This document shows, piece after piece, positions 13,130 through 26,175 of a stretch of DNA of 64,000 bases (positions within the stretch are counted from its first letter, which is position 1; the number at the start of each line of letters is the position of its first letter). This DNA comes from the human T2T-CHM13v2.0 reference genome, Homo sapiens. The notes beneath the pieces are model-generated. The model saw only the letters and a program-made list of their open reading frames with translations, did not search any database and had not been told where the DNA came from. Position numbers and translations under genes: made by a program. Where the stretch lies: assembly GCF_009914755.1 (NCBI RefSeq), contig NC_060931.1; one strand, given 5' to 3'.

Positions 13130-13911
13130 TTGCATAGTTTATGATTTTCTGTCATTCTGTAGGTTGTCTGTTTACTATTTTGATAGTATCTTTTACCATA
13201 CAGAAACACTTTAGTTTAATTAGGTTCTGTTGTAAATTTTGATTTCTGTTGCAATTGCTTTTGGGGACTTAACCAAAAAACCTTTGCCAAAGCCAATGTT
13301 AAGAAGGGTATTTCCTAGGTTTTCTTCTAAGATTTTTATAGTTTGAGGTCTTACATTCAAATCTTTAATCTATCTTGTTAATTTTTGTATATGGTGAAAG
13401 GCAAGGCTATAGTTTCATTCTTTTGCATATGGCTAGTCACTTATCCTGCCACCATTTATTGAATAGTGAGTCCTTTCCTCATTGCTTGTTTTTGTTGGCT
13501 TTGTCGAAGATCATATGGTTGTAGGTGTGTGGCTTTATTGCTGATTAAATGTGGCACACATACACCATGGAACACTACACAGCATAAAAAATAATGAAAT
13601 TACGTTCTTTGCAGCAACATGGGTGGAGCTGGAGGCTATAATCCTAAGTGAATAATAGAGGCATAGAAAACAAAGTGCCACATGTTGTCACTTATAAGTG
13701 GGAGCTAAATATTGAGCACACATAGACAGAAACATGGGAAAAATAGATACTGTGCACTATTAGATGCAGGAGGGAAGGAGGGGAATGTGAGTTGAAAAAC
13801 TACCTATTGGGTATTATGCTCACTACCTGGATGCAATATACCCAGGTAGCAAACCTGTATAAATACCCCCTGTATCTAACATAAAAGTTAAAATTTAAAA
13901 GGAAAAAAAAA
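13130..13911 (+). mobile_element. 5'-inverted LINE-1 (L1PA16/L1PB4-like): antisense ORF2 piece 13130-13543 joined to sense 3' end 13546-13911
   Basis: Antisense L1 up to GGCTTTATTGCTGA, then sense AAATGTGGCACACATACACCATGGAA...CACTTATAAGTGGGAGCTAAA and poly-A. Confidence 0.85.
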
Positions 13912-15989
13912 ATAACCTGAGCTCCTTAATAAGATTTTGTCTAGTGTACCAGGTTAGAAGGCAGGCCGATCCCATAGGACTAGTATGGTCAAGAACACAC
14001 TTTGATTTCCTTCTAAAATAAACATGTACACAAACAGACAAATTACTTTCTAGGAATAGTTTAGAAAGGAGATAAGAGTGTAAGTTTTAGAGATACTCAC
14101 TGCTTTGTGAAGGTTCTGAGTTGGCTCCTACACTATTCCTATATCTAGTCCCTCAAATCTCACTCTTTCCGGTTCTCTTCTCTTCCTTACCTCCAGGATG
14201 TCTTCACTCCAGGATTAGTTTGTCCAGGGATAGGCAAGGAGTAAACCAATCTTCTGATCAGATCATCTGCTTAATTCTACCATTGTGCATGTTTTCCTCT
14301 GTTTACTCTTCCCTGATATTACCAACACTTGTTGATCAAACTGTTCTTGGTTCTCTTTCTGACTTTTCAAGGTATTTGGAAAGGAAACATTTCCTATATT
14401 CTTAAAAAACCGTATCATGTATTATTTTTCTATGTGATTTAAAATATTTTTCTTGCCTCTTAGATTAAATATTCACCTTTAACTTTTGTTTAAATGAGTT
14501 TTCCCTTCATATATGGAAGAGGTAAACTTCTACCCATCCTCTTTCCAAATAATTGCACATTTTGAATGAATGTATTTCAATATGAGCTTCCTGTATCCCA
14601 GAGGAATTAACTCAGACCGAAACGGTGGACGAACCTGCAATCTGAAACTAAAAAGAACCATATTTACTAGGAGAATTAAGTATTGAGTTCAGTGATTGCT
14701 TTTCTACAACCAAATTGTGAATAGAATTATTATCTAATATGGAAAAGAAAACCAACGAAAACTCAACACACCAAATTCTAATGAATTACTGAAGACTTTT
14801 GGTGAACATCCAGTGAAATCGTAAAGTGGCAATAGGCAGTCATCTGCCTTCCACTCAATGCATTTCAGAATTTATCAGATCCTGAATATATTATGGCCAT
14901 CATCCATTTTTAAAAATGTTTCCTAATTTTGCAGTAAGATATGCTTCTGTAATTTGAAATAATTTTTTTTGGTATTTCAGAAAACTTTTTATATTCTGAG
15001 GATTTGTGAGTTCACATATTTTAAATAGGCGGTTATACACCTTTCGCTTTATCTTCTTCCCCTCACTGTAAATATCAGATGCTCTAATTAAAGAAAGACA
15101 TGAAACTGGAGTACAAAATAGATGGTGTCTCCCAAAAGTACAACTTTGAAAGAAAAAAAAAATTCTTGTAAAGCAACAGGAGCATACTCTGTGATTATGT
15201 GCTCTGGGGCAGTTACACAGCGAGCATGATGGGGATTACAAATTTGCTTGCTCTGGCAAGAAGGATATGCCTATTAACAGAAACCAGCTGTTCGGAAAAA
15301 ATGCGATGCCCAAAGTAGTGAAAGGATGTCTTAATTTAGCTTTGGGCTGCATTTATTACTGCTGAAAATTTTTTTAGAAACTATCAACTCCATTCAATTA
15401 ATAACGTTCTTGTGAATTTATGTAACACAAAGGAAATATTAAGAATAGATCATCTAAAGTAAATCAATCTGTATGGCTTAACAACGCCTTTTATTTATTT
15501 ATATTTTTTACCATGCCATGTCTGTAGGCTTTCTGACTTGTCATTTTTTATTCAGGCCTATGCAAGGAAGCAACTTAATCATGTTAGTAGAAACTGTTTG
15601 TGTTTTCAGAGTGACTAACAGACTGCATAGTTCACTTAGAGCCCTCCCTGATCATTGAGGAGAGAAGAGAACTGCATTTCGGATTAACTGAGCATCATAT
15701 CTCTCTACTTTTCTTAATCTATAATTTTTGGGCAAATATCTTGCATCCTCCTAAATTTGAGTAAAATTATGTGGAAACATAAAAATATGGCTTATAGAAA
15801 TATTTAACTCAAAAATGAAAAAGCAACAAGGATAGTGAAAAGTCTAACTGGAATATATATAGTCTGAAACATAAAGGTCTTATTTGAAGTCCTGGGACTT
15901 CTTTATCTTCATAGTGATTTCTTTGTTTTTTTTTTTTGTCATCTATTATAATAAAAGGATGTTTTACTGAGAATCAATTAATGGTCAAA

Positions 15990-16520
15990 TGAAATGGCAA
16001 GCACTTTTTATACAACATTCAATAAGACAGATTTTCTCTTGCAACTCAGTGAAGGTGAAACAATCAGGTGTTGACAAACCTAAGTGATAAGTACTATGGA
16101 GATACTCCAAAGATTATAGGAGTACAAAGATTCAGCACTAAAAAGAGGCAACTGAGTTAGCCTTGGGTGTGGTTTGTATATGTGTGTGTGTGTGTGTGTG
16201 TATGTGTGCACACAGGCATTCTTGCAGAGGGAAGAGATGCTGTAAACAAGAATTGAAATACTGATTCAACTTAGTTTAATCTGGTGGGCAATACAGGGAA
16301 AGGAAAGGCATTCTAGACAATGGGATCAGCATGGACAGAAGCTTCTGAAGAGCAGCCAAGTGTCAAGCTTTTTCAAAGAGTATCAGAGATGTATGTGGAG
16401 GGCTAGTCAAGGAAGAGTTTGTGAGCAATGGTAAGAAGTTTGTACTTTATCTTAAAAGCAAGAGGAAAATCTTTAAGGGTTTTAAGTAAAGAAATTATAT
16501 TACAGTTAAGATGTTAGAAA
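15990..16520 (-). mobile_element. L2 fragment with internal (TG)n
   Basis: Degenerate L2 antisense motifs GGCATTCTAGACAATGGGATCAGCATG and GAAGTTTGTACTTTATCTTAAAAGCAA...GGGTTTTAAG; (TG)n at about 16181-16208. Confidence 0.55.
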
Positions 16521-16680
16521 TTTTAACACCTCTGCTCCCTTAAGTCACATCCGTCTGCCTGGGTGGTTAGAGCCTAGGTGAAGTTTTGACCTTAAAAGAC
16601 CCTTCAGGGCAACAACTAACCTGTTACACACTGTTAAATATCCAGAACTGAGGATATTTTCCAGAACAATGGATGAATTA

Positions 16681-17041
<361 letters not shown>

Positions 17042-17376
17042 CTAATCAGCTCTCTTCTCCAGACATAATATGGAAGTTCTGATGTTGCCTGAACTCAACT
17101 TACAATATTTAATTTATCCCATGCCTCATTAGGACTGTGCTTGAACAAACTCTCGGATAACTCAATTAATGGTTTTTATCAATCAGAAATTTGATTTGTT
17201 ACAACAAAAATATATTGAAATCCCATGCATATGTTAGTGTCTTAGGTGTTAGGTGACATCAAGACAACAGATCTGGAACTTTAAGCAGTTCAGATTCTTA
17301 CCTCTCTTTTATAAACAGCTTTTAAAATATCTTGTATCTTACTTTATATAGTTGAATCTTCATTGCATCAGGGTAG

Positions 17377-17574
<198 letters not shown>

Positions 17575-18869
17575 TAACCACTCAAAGATTTGGTATTATT
17601 TTAGTCTCAGAAATGTTTGTCAAATCTCTATTTTAATTAAAAATAGTTCTCTTTAACTTTATAAATCAATTATTTAAAATCTGATCATATTTTGTTATCT
17701 ACAACATATCACTGCACTCTTGATACTAGTTCCATCGGTACAGTAAAAAAAAGTTTGATTTTAACAGCAATAGACAATTCTGCAATTTCAGGGAGAAAAA
17801 CCTTTTTGTTTTTGCCATTTTAATATATACAGACTTGGTTTGCATTTTATACTTAAATAAGCTGAAGTTCTTTCAAAATCTTAAATTCTGTTCTGGTCAC
17901 TTTGAATTTCTTTTCCACATACCATTTTCTTAACTATTTTATAGACTCAAAAGTTGGAGGAAGTTTCTGGGATCCTTACAACACAGTATTTGGGAGAGAA
18001 CTTTCAATAATTTTTTTGATACTGTTTTTGCAAGTTAATGACATTATTTAGGAGAAAAAATACCGTTAAATGCATAGACAGGGAAAATGTGAAAAACAAA
18101 TGTTAGAACAAAGGAATGCTTTACAGTCAATTGTTTTGATTTTTCATCTTGGATACATGAAGTCAAACAGCATGAAAATCTGTAGTTTTAAATTTACCTT
18201 CACAGCTAACATTTTTAATATACCATATGTAGAAAATGTAAAATTCTCACTGTCGATATTGATACAAAATTATCTTTATTTTGGAAATTATATTTAATAT
18301 GACTAGAGTATATATTGTACGATTATTGCTGCACTACTGTAAATTTTTGAATGTTGGATGCTTAAGTTTTGCCCATTTCAGTAATTTTTTTGCACTCATT
18401 TTCTTTTCATGTAGGAGAAGAGAAAAGAAACATTTAAATCTGTAAGAAAATTATATGGTACATTCATAGTTCTCAATTACTGGGCCAATTTGAAGTGTCG
18501 TTCAGCTATGCCATCAAATAAGCGCTAAACACATTTTGTAAATTGAAAAAAAGAGTTCAAAACTTTGTTTGCTTGTGTGATATCTAATAGATTTACTTTC
18601 TAGATGATAGGCTTGGATGGGCTTCTCACAGGGACAAAGAGGACCAGAGAATTTAAGAGCCTGCTCAGCCATGCTTCTTGCCCTGAGCCTGGAGCGCAGG
18701 CATTGCCTTACTGAAGGTCAGTCTTCTGATGACCCTGGAGAGAGGACCAGAGGGGCCTCAGGGATACTGAAGAGGAGCATCTCCTTTTGCTAGAGCTAGG
18801 TAATACATCTCTGGTGAGTGCTGCCACTTTTTTTCCCCCTAAAAAAAACAAGAACGATCACAACTTTAA

Positions 18870-19055
18870 TTAACAGCTTATAATGTACCTGTCTGTGGGC
18901 TCACTGCTTTAGGAGAGGTCATTTCTTTCAATCAGGCTATGTGAAGTAGGTTTAATGTGTCCATTGTGGAGATAAGGAAATTGAGGTTTACAGGAATTAG
19001 GCAGTTTATCAACAGTCATGAGAGGAGTCAGTAGAGGATACTGTGGGTCTAACCC
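18870..19055 (-). mobile_element. MIR
   Basis: Core CCATTGTGGAGATAAGGAAATTGAGGTTTACAGGAATTAGGCAGTTTATCAACAGTCA. Confidence 0.7.
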
Positions 19056-19344
19056 CAGAGCCCATGCCTTCCATCACCGTATTGGCACTTTCTCTCTTGA
19101 TCCCACTGTGCTAGACCGGCCCTGTTTGGAGGCAGGCATATTTTCCTCAATCCAGCCTCTTTCTAGGACTCTGGGCATGGATGGGTACCTAAGGTCCTCA
19201 TGGTTTTATGCACTCCTCCTTATCGTAATGTGCTTACGGAGAATTACATAATATAATGATTTAGTATCTCAGTGTTAAAGACTAAGAATTGACACATTTC
19301 TCTCAGGGAATCTGTACCTCAATTCTTGGAGAGTATTAGTAATC

Positions 19345-20192
19345 TTTTTCTAGCTTTATGTAGGTATGATTGACAAGTGAAAATTATATATATTCAGGGT
19401 ACACAATGTGATGTTTTGATGTATGTGTACATTGTGAAATGATTACTACAATCTAATTAACAGATCCATTACCTCACATAGTTACTCTGTGTGTGTGTGT
19501 GTGTGTGTGTGTTGAGAAGACTTGAGATCTACTCTGTTAGCAATGCAGTATAATTAACTATTAATCACCATACTCTACTCCAGAACTGATTCATCTTCTA
19601 ACTGCAGGATGCTGCCCTTCAACCAACATCTCCATTTTCTGCCTATCCCCCAACAGCTGGTAACCACCATTCTACTCTCTCTTCCTATGAGTTTGACTTC
19701 TTCTAAAAGATCCCACATGTAAGAGACATCAGGCAGTATTTATCTTGCTTCACTTAGTAAAGTGTCTTCCAGATTCATCCACATTGCAAATGGCAGGATC
19801 TCTGACCTTTTTAAGGCTGAATAATATACCAATGCATGTATTTAGACACACACACGCACACACACACACACACACAATTTATACACACAGACACCCATTT
19901 TCTTTATTCATTCATCTGTCAACTGATAGGGAATAGCCAATATCTTGGCTATTGTGAATAATGCTGCAGTTAACCTGGGAGTATACATATCTTTTTGAGA
20001 TATTGATTTTATTTCCTTTGGATACATACCCTGAAATTGGATTGCTGGATCATATGGCACATTTCTTACCATATGAAACCATACGTTGGTCAAAGGACAG
20101 TATCCTGCAGTTATAAGATGAATCACTTCTGGAGACCTAATGTAGAGTATGGTGATTAATAGTTAATTATACTGTATTGCTAATAGAGTAGA
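19345..20192 (-). mobile_element. LINE-1 3' end (L1MA8/9-like) with an inverted duplicate segment at 20085-20192
   Basis: Antisense L1MA 3' end (AGCTTTATGTAGGTATGATTGACA...GATTGCTGGATCATATGG). Minus ORF contains PYDPAIQFQGMYPKEIKS...TAALFTIAK (ORF2 C-terminus). Confidence 0.85.
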
Positions 20193-21035
20193 AGTCTCTG
20201 GGCTGATTTCATGGGCATATTGAGAGTGTGGCATATTCCTCCCATTTCACTAATCTCTAAGGTTTTGAAGTGCATTTCAAAGCTCAATCTTCATCTCCTC
20301 TCTCCTAAATTTCAGAGGCAATTCTCCCTGGAAGGCAGGAATCCCACCATGGAGAATCAACATGTGGCCAATCACTGTTCTTTATGAATGTACTTCCTTC
20401 GGGTATGTTAGAGCTAAATAATTTTTGTAAAAATCTGTTAAAAATATTTTGTTCTTCTTTGAAATATCTGAATACTGGACAAGTCTTAATTCCATTGCAT
20501 TAAGATAAATCAACAAATAATAACAAACGGTACCTTTCTCAAACATTAACCAGGTAGCTTGCTTACAAGTAATATAATTCCTGGGCCGTTTCAGCCTTGA
20601 AACCTACTCATTCACAGCCATTATTAAATTCCTCCCAGGGGCTGAGGTGTAAAACTTTCTCTATGTTTACTTCTCTGCTTATGCGTCCTCTGAGGAATCC
20701 AAATATTTTAAGTCCCTTCTTTGATGCAGAAAAATACAAAATCAGAAGTATGATTCTTCCTGTAAAAAAGAATCAGCTTTAATTAAAGGGAGACACAGCA
20801 ATTCCCTGGGGGAAAATACTTCTATGTTCAATTTCTCTCCTAGAAATCCCTTCTGTGTGTTTATAGGGAAGCTGGAATCTTGATGTAGTAAATGGAACAC
20901 AAAAGCTTTGGTTGACTAACTAATCATATTTGAAATCAATTTCTCAAATAAAAGCTTAAACCTGACTCTGAGAATGCTGATGATTTCTCTGTAGTGTTTT
21001 CCTGCCAGTCAGTGTGAAGAGAAAAGTACACACCT

Positions 21036-21390
21036 AGCCAGCTGTGGTGGCTCACGCCTGTGATCCCAGAACTTTGGGAAGTTGAGGCGGGAGGATTGCT
21101 TGAGCCCAGGAGTTCGAGACAAGCCTGGGCAACATAACAAGATTCTGTATCTACAAACAATTACAACATAACAAGATTCCGTATCTACAAACAATTAAAA
21201 AGTTAGCTGGTCATGGTGACGCATGCCTGTAGTCCCAACTACTTGGGAGGCTGAGGCAGGAGGTTGGCTTGAACCCAGGAGTTCAAAGATGTAGTAAGCT
21301 AGGATCGTGCCACTGCACTCCTGCTTGATGATAGAGTGAGACCTTGTCTCTAAAAATATAATTTTTGTAATAAAAAAATAAATAATAAGA
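21036..21390 (+). mobile_element. AluJ with an internal 34-bp tandem duplication
   Basis: AluJ diagnostic GGAGGATTGCTTGAGCCCAGGAGTTCGAGAC; duplicated unit at 21130-21163 and 21164-21197. Confidence 0.92.
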
Positions 21391-21902
21391 GTGGGTTGCA
21401 AGTAAGAGAGAATAAGCAATGTAGACCCACTTTATTGTTAAAAAAAAAAAAAGGGCACACCTATTGCCATTTTACTCAGTGGAAATGTAACCTCTTAAAT
21501 ATAAAACTTGCTGTTTATGTTGTAATTTTATGAACTCCATTTTGGAGAACTGAGGAAAGTCTTAGAATATGACCACAGCAGGAGGTAGTGATAGTCTATA
21601 ATTATTTGCACTTATGGTTAAAATACACACACAGAATCAACTTAAACGAACTTGGTGTCTTTTAATCTTTACCCCACCACAAAGCCAAGGTCTTTATTTT
21701 GAATACTTATAAAGACTTCAGTAAGATTTCCCATATTTGGAAGCAACCTTATCTCCTATCTCCTAGTCATAGCTATTCCTATTCAGAATAAGCTTGAAAT
21801 AATTTTGGCAGTTTCAAATTCAAATCATAACATAAAACTTTATTCATGTCTTAACACACATTTCCTAGCTCCAATAGCATTTGACTTTTGTATTAATTTC
21901 AG

Positions 21903-21989
21903 GTTCCTCCAAACTCTATGTTCAATTTACCTTCTGTCATGTATATAGCTCACTTATTTACCAGGACAAGTTATTGTTCAAACTCACAG
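21903..21989 (+). other. Candidate internal exon (87 nt) of an unidentified + strand transcript
   Basis: TTTTGTATTAATTTCAG|GT acceptor and CAG|GTAATC donor in non-repeat DNA; open in two frames. No expression evidence. Confidence 0.3.
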
Positions 21990-22209
21990 GTAATCTTGGA
22001 TCTGGGCACTTTGTTAAGATCTAATATCATTAATTAGGTAGGAGTCAGTATTTTATTTGTATCTGGGCCTTCTTGAGACTTCTGAAACCACAATGTATAG
22101 GTAGCTAACTTTTTTTAGCAATGGGAAGAAAATGTTAATGGCGATGCTCACATCAACAGCAAACAAAAATCAAACAGTAAGACACAGCATTAAAGTAGCA
22201 TCCTTTTCA

Positions 22210-22525
22210 GCAATTATTATGTGCCAGGCACTCTATTAAGAATTTCAGACTCTTGTGTTATTTGAGAAGACTCTTGGAGAAATACAATTCGATGAGTATA
22301 ATTGGCTAAATTATAAGGTTCTAACAGTAGGAGGCATATCTGTTTTGTGGCCTGTCATATCTCTATGGTCTGACACAGACGGGTGCTCAATTAATATTTA
22401 TTTACTTATAGAATGACCACCATCACCTCTGCTTTATAGATGTGGAGATGGAGGATCTGAGAGGTGACAGAGGCATATGGTTTGTAAATGCTGGAGCCAG
22501 GATAACTGACTTGAAAGCTAGGCTT
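22210..22525. mobile_element. MIR and L2 fragments
   Basis: TATGTGCCAGGCACT, GGTGCTCAATTAATATTT (L2 3' end) and TTTATAGATGTGGAGATGGAGG (MIR core). Confidence 0.55.
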
Positions 22526-24364
22526 AGATCATTATGCCCTTTTGCCTTCCTGTGCTAATAGGTAAACGTAATTCTGGTTCTATGTAAAAAGCATGTAAAA
22601 TCGGAGGAGTGGAGGCTCTTAGTGGTTTGTAATATAGAGACTCCAAAAGTCTATTGCAAACATATAGCTGACACACAGTTTTCTCTCATGCAATGGTCTA
22701 AGCTCTTTCTCACAGGACATAAGGCATCATATCTTGACAGTATTTAGCTAATAATAATGGCCTGAATTCAGTAAGAAATGGATTTATTCAGCCTGTGTCA
22801 AGGGAATCTGTCCATGTTGTTGCTAAAGTTCTCTAAATCAATGTGGTGGCTGTTCTTTATTAATCATTCTAGATCTCAGCTCTGAAAAGCTTAAAACTAT
22901 CTGCAAAACAAAAATATGTTCTCAGCCAAAATTTTCAAAATCCACTCCTGTTCCCCACCCCCCAGACCTGAAGTGTATCAAACTAAGTATAAAATGTTAT
23001 TCCAGTGATTGAGGTCGCTGGATTTGTATTCACCTTTCGTTTTCTTAGCACTCTTCCCTGTGAGAAGTCAAATTCCTAATAGCCCCAGAGTTAACATCCC
23101 CTCTCCACTTATCCATTCTGCACTACAGAGAAACAGTCACTCCCTTTCAAGTGTTGTGCCTTCTCCTTGTTTTATGAAACACAAAAACACTCTGGGAAAA
23201 ATATCTAACAGTTGTGTGCTTTTGACTGAGATTCAGATTGATCCTGGACCCGAAAACTTTTAAAACCTGCATCCCCATTTAACATTCGGAATCAATGTGA
23301 GTTTCTTAAAAGGTGTATATTAGGAATTTTGCCATGGTTATATTCTGACTACGTACATTTGAAGGAGAATAAAAAAGACAAATGTATCTTTTTGTTCTAA
23401 GCTGTATGAGTTTTTTATAAAAGAACCACTTCCCTGGTTTCTTTTATTATTAGAAGGTTAAAATATGGCAGTATGTTGCTATGAATTAACCAATCCTCCC
23501 AAGATATTAAAGAGAGGATCCAAGCCTCTGGAGGCTTTCTATGAAATAAGAAGGACCAACTGTTTCTTGAATCTACGGTGTTATGGAACCAAGAGGCTCC
23601 TTGGGTACTGAAAAGATATATTTGGCAGAGAAAGACAGATGCCAAATCTTCTATTTTCTGCAGTATTGCAAAGGGAGTTCTCCCCCAATGTATAATGGGA
23701 AGCCCACAACACAAATTCTGTCTGGCTTAGGCACTGTCCATAGTACCCCCCTTTCCACATACTCACGGGGTATCTTTTAAATTATTTTCTTATGTAGACT
23801 GATGATCTTACATATGTAAGTCTTCCTAGCATTTGAAATATTTATATAATTCATCAAATTGAGTGGGAGCACCTGGGCCCCAGATCAGCTTGCATGAGTT
23901 TTGTCGTCTGATTCATTTTGCCCAGGACCTGGTGAAACTGGGTGAAGCTAATTGCTAGGTTACCAAGCCTACAAAATTCAGCAAATGGATAATGTACAGT
24001 AGTGCATAGAAAAATAACAGAAGCTTGCAAATCCCTAAACATTCACTTTTCTTTTTATCACAACAGATTAAGAGATAGAAAATTTATCCTAAAGCATTGA
24101 CTTTCAATTTCAAAATGATTGTTTACAGAATTTTAGGTGAATCACCAAGTAGCTTACTGTTAGACTGAGGTGAGGAATACATACAGATTAGCAGAAAATC
24201 TTTGAGTACTATATGTATTTATCATAATCCTGAGGGATTGTTTTTATTACTCCTCTCTCAGCTCAAATTCAGCTATTTTTTGGAAAAGATAAAGTATGTA
24301 GATAACAGAAGATATTTTAATTCAGTTTCTTAGTGTTTGAGGCCCAAATTCTTCTTCTTCTCCA

Positions 24365-24721
<357 letters not shown>

Positions 24722-24723
24722 TA

Positions 24724-24978
<255 letters not shown>

Positions 24979-25244
24979 TTAGCTGGAAATGTGTCTGACT
25001 GCATAAAGATAACAGCTAAGCAGATGGCAGCCACAGAATGGAAGGAAACAGATCCCTGAATGATCCCCAAATGACCTCTTGGAGCACTTCACTTTTTATA
25101 CCCTTTTCTTATAGTATCCTAGCCTGTACTCTAGCTGATTCACTGTGTGAATACTATTTGTTTAGAATTTTATTTGTGTTATCTATCTTTTTTAGTCTTT
25201 AATCCATTTCAATGCAATTCAATTCAATGTTTAGATAGAAGATT

Positions 25245-26175
25245 TTCACTTTCAGCCAAGATGGAATGACAGGGGCTAGATTTACCCTCCCTTACGAAAC
25301 AATTAAGAATATTAAATACAATACACGAAACCATGGTTTGTGAGACAAGGCACATCAGGCAATGAAGAACAGTGATCCCTGAGAGATGGGAAACAAATGA
25401 GATGAGCCCTGTGATGATCCCAGCTTTCTGTTTGAGGGAATTTCCAGAAACCCAGGCAGAGCCTGGTGGGGTCCCTGAGTTGAGGAGATAGATCTGAGAG
25501 ACAGAGAGAGAGAGAGAGAGCCCCTCAGATTTAAAGAGGGTCTCTCTTGCATATTCTAGCTGAGGCTGATCAGTGCATATATATGATACCCAAGGCCAGG
25601 AAAAAACAAAACCAAACAAAACCCTTAAAAGGATTAAAGGCAGTGCCATGCACTCAGAAGCAGAATATAGTCCCCGTTCCAACTAGTCAAAATAGAAAAC
25701 CTTGTGATTCACATGGTGCTGAACAGAGTCCTCAAAAGTGTACTCTGAGTACTCAAAAGTGCCTCAGTAATTGGGTATTTTGTCCCTTGACTAGACACTG
25801 CTCTTGTTTTTTTTTTTTGAGACAGAGTCTCACTCAATCTCGGCTCACTGCAACCTCTGCCTCCCACTACCTAACAAATCTTAAAACCAAGATCTGAAAA
25901 GATCAACCTATTTCCAAGTAATGTAACTGCGTCCCAGATGAAGCTCAGGAATATTTATGGAAATACAAAAATACCCAGCGCCCAGCAAGGAAATATTCAC
26001 AATGTGTGGCATCCAATCAAAGATTACCAGTCATGCAAAGAGGCAAGAAAACATGATCTATCATAAACAGAAAAATAAATCGAAACTGACACAAATGTTA
26101 GAATTAAAACTGTTATAAATGATTTCATATATTCAAAAAGTTAAGTAAAGACATGGAGGATATAAAAAATATTCA
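25245..26175 (+). mobile_element. Old L1 5' region (L1MC/L1MD-type) containing (GA)n and a short deleted Alu 3' fragment (25807-25866, minus)
   Basis: CAGCCAAGATGGAATGACAGGGGCTAGATTTACCCTCC and AAATATTCACAATGTGTGGCATCCAATCAAAGATTACCAGTCATGCAAAGAGGCAAGAAAA. Confidence 0.65.

Noticed and set aside
14527-14641. Minus-strand exon candidate (LQVRPPFRSELIPLGYRKLILKYIHSKCAIIWKED)
   Set aside because: Good acceptor but a weak donor, an unrecognised peptide and no partner exons.
24137-24169. 33-nt exon-like unit with a GAG|GTGAGG donor
   Set aside because: It has stops in all three frames and a poor pyrimidine tract, which shows how easily pseudo-exons arise here.
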